Origin: Emiliania huxleyi CCMP1516
Lineage: Eukaryota
Direction: 5' to 3'
Length of the DNA stretch: 64,000 bases
Assembly (NCBI RefSeq): GCF_000372725.1
Contig: NW_005202428.1
Span: forward strand, 1,349,331-1,413,330
Under the pieces are notes generated by a model. It was not told where the DNA came from, searched no databases, and worked only from the letters and a program-made list of their open reading frames with translations. Positions 56,530 through 64,000 of this stretch are shown piece by piece. Both the position numbers and the translations under genes were made by a program. Position 1 is the first letter of the stretch. Each line of letters starts with the position of its first letter.

Positions 56530-56871
56530 AATGGAGCATCAAGAATAGGAAGAGAGACAGGAGAATCGGGAGGGGGGAGCAGAATCAGGAATTGGCTCTG
56601 GCTGCCCTAGAGAATCGGAAAGGAAGCGGAGGAAACGAGAATGGAGAATCAGGAAGCTGAAAGCGGGGCCAAGATGGGAGAGTCTGGGGAGAGAATCAGA
56701 ATATCTGAGCAGAAGAGGAACCTGGGAAGGGGAATCTAGTGAGAGGTAGAATAGCAAGAATCCTTGTGTAGTAGAGCAGAATAGGAATGGCAGAATCCTT
56801 AGGCGCGGACAGACTTCTCCATTACTCGCTTTGTCGCCATACACGTTTTTCTCTTCTGATTATGCGTTCCA

Positions 56872-57095
56872 TGGATATTGTGCACATGGTCAGTCTCTAC
56901 AATATATACACTGACACTTCACCTCCCAGAGCTCGACCCGGTCCGTCACGGCCATCCCCTGCGCTCTCGCTCGGCCTCCGGCCGCGGCGCGGTGTGGTGG
57001 CGTCAAAAATCCGAAGAGGACTGGGACGCGGTCGTCGGACGTTCTGAGGTCCAACTAGGCGTATGGATTGCCCACCCAGGGCTATCACCTGGCCC
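56872..57095 (-). mobile_element. Repeat family A, copy 3 (partial)
   Basis: gatattgtgcacatggtcagt..acctcccagagctcg..gaggtccaactaggcgtatg..cagggctatcacctgg is the reverse complement of copy 1. Confidence 0.85.
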
Positions 57096-57215
57096 AGTGG
57101 CACGACTGCTCTTCACAGCCTGGCCCAAGTCGCAAGCTTCATGCACAGCCGACAGTTCCGACGCCTCCAGCGCTGGAGGCGGAGCTGACACAGACAGCGT
57201 GGGCAGCCGTCGAGC

Positions 57216-60200
57216 ATGCTGCTCCAGTCGGCGGCTCGCCTCGAGGAGGCCGTCGGCGCGGGCGACACTCTGACCGTGGACTCGACGGGCCGGCTCGCGG
57301 CGCTCGGCGTCCGCCGCGAGATATGGATTGTCGATCTCGAGTGGCCGTGGGAGCCGTGCCGCGTGCTGCCGACGCCCGAGCTGGCACCGCCGGTGGCGCT
57401 GGAGTGGCAGCCGCAGCGAGGCGCGGGATCCGGGCGCACCATCGCGTGCGCGTCCGCGGACGGAGCCCTCCGCCTGTACGACGGCGCCGCTGAGCCAGGC
57501 GCGCTGTCGCTGCTCGTCACGCTCTGCGGCCGGGCGGCAGGCGGCGGGTGGCAGGGCCCTCGCGACTGCGCGGTGCAGCACGTGGCGTGGAGACCGGCCG
57601 CGCCGCACACGCTTGCCGCCGCCACTGCCGGCGGCGGCCTCGCATTCTTCGACTGCCGCGCGGGAAGCGCGTGGCACCTGGCGATGCGTGAGGGCGGCGG
57701 AGGCGGAGGCGGGCCGTCGGCATCAGAGGGTGGCGGCGCCGGCCGCGTCTCGTGGTGCGGCGGGCCGGCTGACGCTGGCGGTGCCGCGCCAAGCGGCGGC
57801 TGGCTAGCACCGGCTGAGCTGACGGACAGACGGCGGCGAAACTGATTAGGCGGCGGCGCGAGGGAGCACCTGCTCGCTGCTCTGTGCGGCGACAGGGTGC
57901 ACATCGTCGACGTGAGGCGGCTCGCGGACCGCGCCTCCTCCGCCACGCTCGGCTCCTTCGGCGCGTGCTCGTCGCATCGATCCCTCTCTCCGTACTTCTC
58001 TACCCTCTCCCCTGAGCCTCGTCTCCGGAGCTGTGGACGAGTACCCGGGTAGGCTAAACCCTCGAGGAGCGGCGGGCGGCCGTGAGGAGCGAGCACGTAC
58101 TCAGCACACTGGCGTGGTAAACAGGCTCGACCTCGAGACGCGGCGGACGATACTCGTGGATCGAACCTCCCAGTCCGCGCTCCTCTCCCTGCAGGCGTCG
58201 CGTGCGGGCGGGGCGTCTCGGTTGCCGTCTCGGTGGACTGGGCGGGCGGTCCCTGCGGCGGTCCCTGCGGCGGTCCTTGCGCGGGCGGCGAGGGGCTCGG
58301 GCCTCGCCGCGGTGAGGCGGAGTCTGGCGCCGACCCTCCTCCCCGCTTGCCTCTGCTCCTTACGAGCAGCCGCTCGGTTGGAGGAGGCGGAGGAGGAGGC
58401 GGCGGAGGAGGAGGCGGAGGAGGAGGCGGAGGAGGGGGCGTGGTGCAGCTGTGGGACGTGCGACTGTGTGGCGGCACCGGCGAGGGGGGCGAGGGCGGCG
58501 GAGGCGGCTCGCAGCAGGCGCCCTTCGACGCGCGTTGTGTCGCCACCGCCGCAAGCCGCGCGCCGCCGACTTGTGCGCTCTGGATGCCGGCGGCGGCTCG
58601 CAGCGGAAGAGGCATCGACACGGCCTCTCCTCCTGCGGCGGCGGCGGCGGCACTAGCAGCAGACGCTGCGGCGCGGCTGCACGCACGCCACGCTATCTCG
58701 CAGGGAGGTGGCCACTCACCGCTTCGCCGCTGGTTTGCATTCGCTAGGTTGCGCCGCGCGGGCCGCACGTCATGCCCGGGACATGTCCGGGACACGTCCT
58801 CGCCGTGACCGGCGCCGCTGCAGTGGGCTGGCTGGCCCTTAGCTGGTGTTGCGCCACACACCCAAATGGCTGTAGGCGCCCCCGCTGCGGAGGGCGACGA
58901 CGGCGCGTCCCCGGGCGCGGGCATCCGTTTGTGGGGCGTCGCCAGCGGCAGAGGTGGCGGCGGGCAGAGCGGCGGGCAGAGCTTGCGGCTTGTGCGGGGT
59001 GCCGCGGGGGTGAGAGACGCGTCGGTCTGCTCGGTCGCATGGTGCGGGTGCGGCGTGGGCGAAGAGGCGAGATTGCCCGAGGACGGATGAGCCGAGATGA
59101 CTCGAGATCATCAGAGGTGAGCCGAGATTACTCGAGATCATCCAGGTGACCCGAGATGACCAGAGGTCATCAGAGGTGACCCGAGATGACCCGAGATGAC
59201 CCGAGGTAGGCGCGCCTCGTCTCGCTGGGGAGCGACCGTCTCCTCGGCGTGTGGCGGGTCGTGCGGGCGGCAGCCGACCAGGCGGAGCCCGACGCAGACA
59301 CCCGCAGCGAGCCGTCCTGCCGAGCGGCGGGGCCGGAGGGGGAGGGGCAGGAGGGGGAGGGGCAGGAGGGGGAGGGAGGGCGGCACGGCTCGCGAGGCGA
59401 GCCGGCCTCCGCCGGTCACGACATGTCCAGGACACGGGCATGACATGTCCGAGACATGTCCGTAGGAGATGAGGCCTCCTCCAGCGCCGCCCTGGCCGCC
59501 GGCCTGGAGGGCGAAAAGGTGGCTGGCGAAAAGGTGGCTGGCGCGGCGGCGGAGTGGGGGGCACTGGAGAGGTGTGTGCGGGTCGCGCAGGCGGCGTGGG
59601 CGAGAGAGCAGCCGCCCTTCCCGCCGCTCCTCTCGCTGGCGCCGCCCGCGCAGTTCTCGGCCTCCTCTCCTCGCGAGGCCGCCGCAGCTTGTCGAGGAGT
59701 GCCGGCCGAGTCTCTGGTGCCGGCCGAGTCTCTAGTGCCGGCCGAGTCTCTCGCTGAGGTGCGCATCAGCTGCACCTTGCCGGAGGTGGTCGATGCCGAA
59801 GGCGTTGCAGCAGAGGGCGACGCAGCAGAGGGCGGTACAGCTGGGAGAGGAGGCGGCGGGGGAGGAGGCGGCGAGGGCGGAGGCGGCGCGCTGCCGCTGC
59901 TGCTGCGCTGGCCTCACGAGCTACCGCCCTCGCTCACGGCGGCGCCCGAGGCGGCCCTCAGCAAGGCGGGCCTTCGGGCGGAGGGGCGCGTGCCTGCCGG
60001 CGGGCCGCTCGCTGCGGCGGTCCTCTCGGAGGCGGAGGCGGCGCTCGCCTCCGCGTGGAGGAGCGCCGGCGCGCGCGACCTGCCCTCGCTGCTGCGCGAG
60101 CTCGCAAGAGCCGCCGCTGCAGCGGAGGCAGCCGCGCTGGCCGCGCCAGAGGCGGGCAGCTCGCGCGGCGGCGCGGCGGGCGCGGCGGACGCCGCAGCGG

Positions 60201-63200
60201 CGGCGGACGCGGCGGCGGACGCGGCGGCGGCGGCCCTGCTGCCCCTCCTCGGCGCGATCCTCAGCGCGGCGCAGCGTGCGGTTGCGTTCTGTGGCATCCG
60301 CACGAGCAGTCTGCGGAACCTTCCTGGAGCTTTCCCATAGGCGCAGCGTGCGGTGGCATTGCACCGGATGCGCGACTGGCGCCGCTTGCGCGACGAGCAG
60401 GCGCAGGCCACCCCCCGCGAGGAGCGCGGGAGCGGCGCCGGCTTGGTCGCCACCGGCCCCTCGGTCGCTCTCCCGACGTCGGCGTCGGCGGCGGGCGCAT
60501 TTGAGCGACTGCCGCCGCCGCGCACTTCGGGCGCCTCGTTCTGCCCTTCGGGGCTGCTCCTCGCGTTTGCAAACGTGCCGTCACCGTACGCTGGCCTCGC
60601 CCGAGGGCGGAGTCGCCGCACGGCGTGTCCATGACGATCAAGGTACGCGGTCGCAGGTACGCCGGCCTCGCAGAGGCGGAGGTGCCGCGCTCGTACGAGG
60701 ACTTTCTCGGCCGGGCGCCGGTAGTGCGGAGCGGACCCGTCTCGAAGCGCCCCTGAGCCGTCTCTTCAGCCGTCCGGCATAGGCTTGGTGCAGGGCATGC
60801 ACATCGCCCCCATCGTGCGTGCGCAGCTGGCGACGGCTACTCCTTTCTTCGAGTCGGGCGGAGGGTCGACCCTCCTCCGCCCTGCCGGGATCGCCGCGAT
60901 CGGCGGCGGCGGCGGCGGCATCTACTCGCCGTCCGGGGAGGGCGTCGGCTTGGACGAGCGCGACGCCGATGCCGACGCTGACTTCGACGAGGAGGAGCGA
61001 GAGTTTCGCGCGAGCGTGCGGGCGATGGGCGGCGGCAGAGCCGACAGCAGGGGCGAGATTGGCGCGGCGGGCGAGGAGGAGGGGGCCGAAGTCGGCGCGG
61101 GGGCGGCGCGGGGTTGCGGCCGATCGGACGGCTCCCTGCACGGCCCGCTCCGCGCCCACCCGTCCGCCGGCGCGCCTTCCCCGCCACGTGACGTCTCCCC
61201 CGACGCTGCCACCCGCAGGCAGCAGCCGGCTGGCCAGCCTCGTGCCTTACCGGCTCGAGGAGGGCGCTCTCGGAGGGCAGCGGCCGCCGCTCCCCTTCTC
61301 GCCGCCGGCGGGCGGTAGGCACGCACCGGGCGAGTTCACGGCCTTCTCCTGATTGAATTTGTGGACCGCCTTCTTCGATTTCTTCCTCCCGCAGGCGCGC
61401 GCGAGGCCGCCGGCGCGCGGCAGGCGCGGGAGGGGGCCGGCCCGCCAAGTCCCGCCTCCGCCTCCTCCGCTCCCTCGGCGCGATGCCGTCGTCGCGCGTG
61501 ACGACTCACGACGTGGCGGCGGCCATCGAGGCGGCGCCGCAGCTCGCCGCGCGCTATGCGCTCGGCAGCCTCGCGCGCCGCTTCCCGGCGCGCAGCGTGC
61601 GGAGCGGGCCGCTGCTCGCCGCCGCGCGCGCCGAGGCGGCGGCCTTGTGCCGGCTCAACGCCGAGGTTGCGTTGGCGCACGGAGGGCCGAGCGGCGGCGG
61701 CGGAGGCGAGTTGTGGAGGCAGTGGATGCTCGTGTCGACGGCGCTGTCGGCCCTCGCCCCCGCGACCCAGGGCGGGGGTGGGGCAGGCGGAGGCACCGTA
61801 GGCAGCCCGCAGGTCTGGGGCGCGAGCAGCCGGTGCCAGCGGAGCGAGCGGGGCGAGTGCCTCGTCGTCAGCGCGAGCCGGCTGCCGTACGCCGACGTAG
61901 ATGCTGAGCACACATCCCTGCACCCACGCGATGCATGGCGCGAGATGGCCCGAGATGGCCCGAGATGGCCCGAGATGCCCCGAGATTACCCGAGATGACC
62001 CGAGATGGCACGAGATGACCCAAGATGCCCAGCACGAAACCGCACTCCCGCCCCTGCCGTGTCCCACGAGTTCAACGTAATGACTCTGTCCTCAATCCCA
62101 GCTCCAAGAATCCCATCCACTAGGTACGCCACTGCCGACACGCGCGACTATGCGATCGCGGTGCGGCGGCACTCCCGAGACACTTGCTCCCTCGCCACCC
62201 TCCCCCGCGACTCGCCCCACCTGCCCATGGCGCGTCGCACGTCCATGACTCGCACGTCCATGACACGCCCGCTGACGCCCCCCCGCCCGCTGACCCGCCC
62301 GCGACCCGCCCGCAGCTGCCCCTCCTTTCCGCGATCCTGCACGACCGGGTGCGGGCCGCCGACGTGCAGAGCACCGCCACTCTCCTCGCCATCTGCGCCA
62401 CCGCCGGCGTGCCACTCATTGCCGAGGCGGCGGCCGCACGGGCAAGCGACATGTCCCTGCCGCTGCTGGGCGGCGAGGCGGAGGCGAGAGCCTCCCGCTG
62501 CGTGGGGGGGATGCGTGCCGGGCCTCACACCTGTCCGACTCGCGCACTGTTGGACGAGCTAGGCGGGCCTGTGGTGCGTGGGCGTGTACGCAGATCTGCT
62601 GCTTCGCTGGCAGCTCTTCCACACGCGTGCGCAGCTGCTCAAGCTCGTCGCTCCCCTGCGGCGGCGCGCTCCCCACGCCGCCGGCAGCGGCAGCGCTCCC
62701 CTCCGCCGCGGTGGCGCGCGGTGAAGCCTCCCCTGAGCCTTCCCGCAGCCTCCTCTGCAGGCGGCGGCCGGGCCTCCAACGACCGCATCTCGCGGACCAT
62801 CGAGGAGCGGGCCGCGTCGGCGCCGGTGCAGCTGCCAAGATCCCTCTCGAAGCCCGCTCGGAGCCTTTCCATAGGAGGAGCCGCCCGGCGGCCCGGCGCA
62901 AGGCGGCGACGACGAGGCGAACCGGCCGGGTGGGCCGTTCGACCAGGCCGCCATCTGGGAGTGCCGGAGAGTGCCCGGCTGTTTTGCCCGAGAGGTGACA
63001 GAGGGCAGTTTGACCAGGCGGCCCCGCTCCACCTCGACTGCATCCCGGCTGCGCGGTCGCCGCCACACCGCCGCGTGCCCCCGCCCCTGAGCGGCGGGCA
63101 GCGGAGCGGCTCCTCGTCGCTCAGCCAGAGCTACCGGCGCTCGAGCTCGCACGGACACGTCTCGCTCCTCCTCGGGGCGTCGCCCGCCGCTTCGGGCGGC

Positions 63201-64000
63201 GGGTCGGTCCCGCCCACGCTGCTCGGCGCGGCGGGCGGGGCGACCTCGTGCGGGCTCCTGCAGCAGTGCCGAGCAGCGGGCGCCGCCTCTCCCGACCCGC
63301 CGACCCGCCGCCACGCTTCGCTCGTGCCGAGCGCCGCCGCCGCGCCGCCAGTCACCGCGTGCGCGGTCGCCATAGCACAGATGCGGCATCCCTGTAGCCC
63401 AACTGGCGCTCGCGACGACACGTACACAGCTGGGCCCACCTGTGTTGCAGCCGCCATTCACTGCATTCGTAGCCCTCGTGTTCACGCGACGCGCCGAATA
63501 CACTGCACGCGACTCACGCCCTCAGTTAGCTCCGCGTGTCGCATGCCACAGGTCGCCATACCGCGCGACGCGGAGGGCGGGCCAGGCGCGAGCAGCGCCT
63601 CGGGCTCCTCTTCCTCCGGGGGCCTTCGTGAGCCTTCTAGCAGCCGTCCTGTAGGCGCGAGCAGCGCTTCGGGCTCTCTGCTCGGGGGCGGGGGCGGAGG
63701 TGTGCCGAGCCGCACGTCTTGCATCGCACGTCCGCGACAGTCCATGACACCCACGGCGCGTCCGCGACACGTCCCACGACACCGTCCGCGACACGTCCGA
63801 CACGTCCCGCCAGGCATGCCGAGCAGCACGTCGTGTGGCCGGCTCGGCTCTCTGCTCGGCTTCTGCTCCTCGGGCGCGTCTGCGAGCGCGGCGGCGGCCG
63901 GGCCGCAGCTCGCGCGGCGGGCGAGCCCAAAGGCGGGCTCCGGCGCGCTGCAGGCTTGCCCCTCCAGCAGCGGAGAGGCGCTGCACGCGGCTGCGCAGCC
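57216..64000 (+). CDS. WDR59: WDR59/Sea3-like GATOR2 subunit, multi-exon, probably continuing past the window end
   Basis: LTVDSTGRLAALGVRREIWIVDLEWP (WDR59-like N-terminus), WD40-like VQLWDVR, PPPRTSGASFCPSGLLLAF, LCRLNAEVA..QWML, ADVQSTATLLAI and YADLLLRWQLFHTRAQLLKL. Confidence 0.78.
59091..59205. repeat. Intronic 10-bp tandem repeat (CCGAGATGAC-type)
   Basis: Also at ~61940-62026. Other intronic 10-11-mers: GACACGCCCAC (~47290-47390), GACACGTCC (~63746-63810) and GGGGAGAGAT (~18620-18668). Confidence 0.9.

Overview
GC-rich eukaryotic nuclear DNA with short introns (many with GC donors), 10-11 bp intronic tandem repeats, AP2-repeat and F-box-RCC1 genes, and secondary-plastid targeting peptides. 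This fits a haptophyte such as Emiliania/Gephyrocapsa huxleyi (inference). Recognisable genes: choice-of-anchor-B protein, NOC3, F-box, lumenal pentapeptide-repeat protein, SLX9, GTPBP1/2, AP2, formiminotransferase, TSR3, GT31 glycosyltransferase, CAR/GCR1-type GPCR, F-box-RCC1, CCDC25-RWD, OSCA/CSC1 channel, Cys-rich secreted protein, DUF4399 and WDR59. There are also several indel-damaged pseudogenes, at least four dispersed repeat families, foldback elements and one 100-N gap. Most notable observations: (1) a frameshifted gene joining a near-perfect histone H3 tail (31/33 aa) to BTB-BACK-Kelch and a SET-like domain; (2) many introns whose first 10-30 nt copy the start of the next exon, which suggests duplication-linked intron birth; (3) an intronless F-box gene and other ~1 kb segments bracketed by 47-95 bp direct repeats; (4) a ~120 bp element shared just upstream of the ribosome-biogenesis genes NOC3 and TSR3. 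Exon boundaries were read by eye, and family calls come from motif recognition, not database searches.
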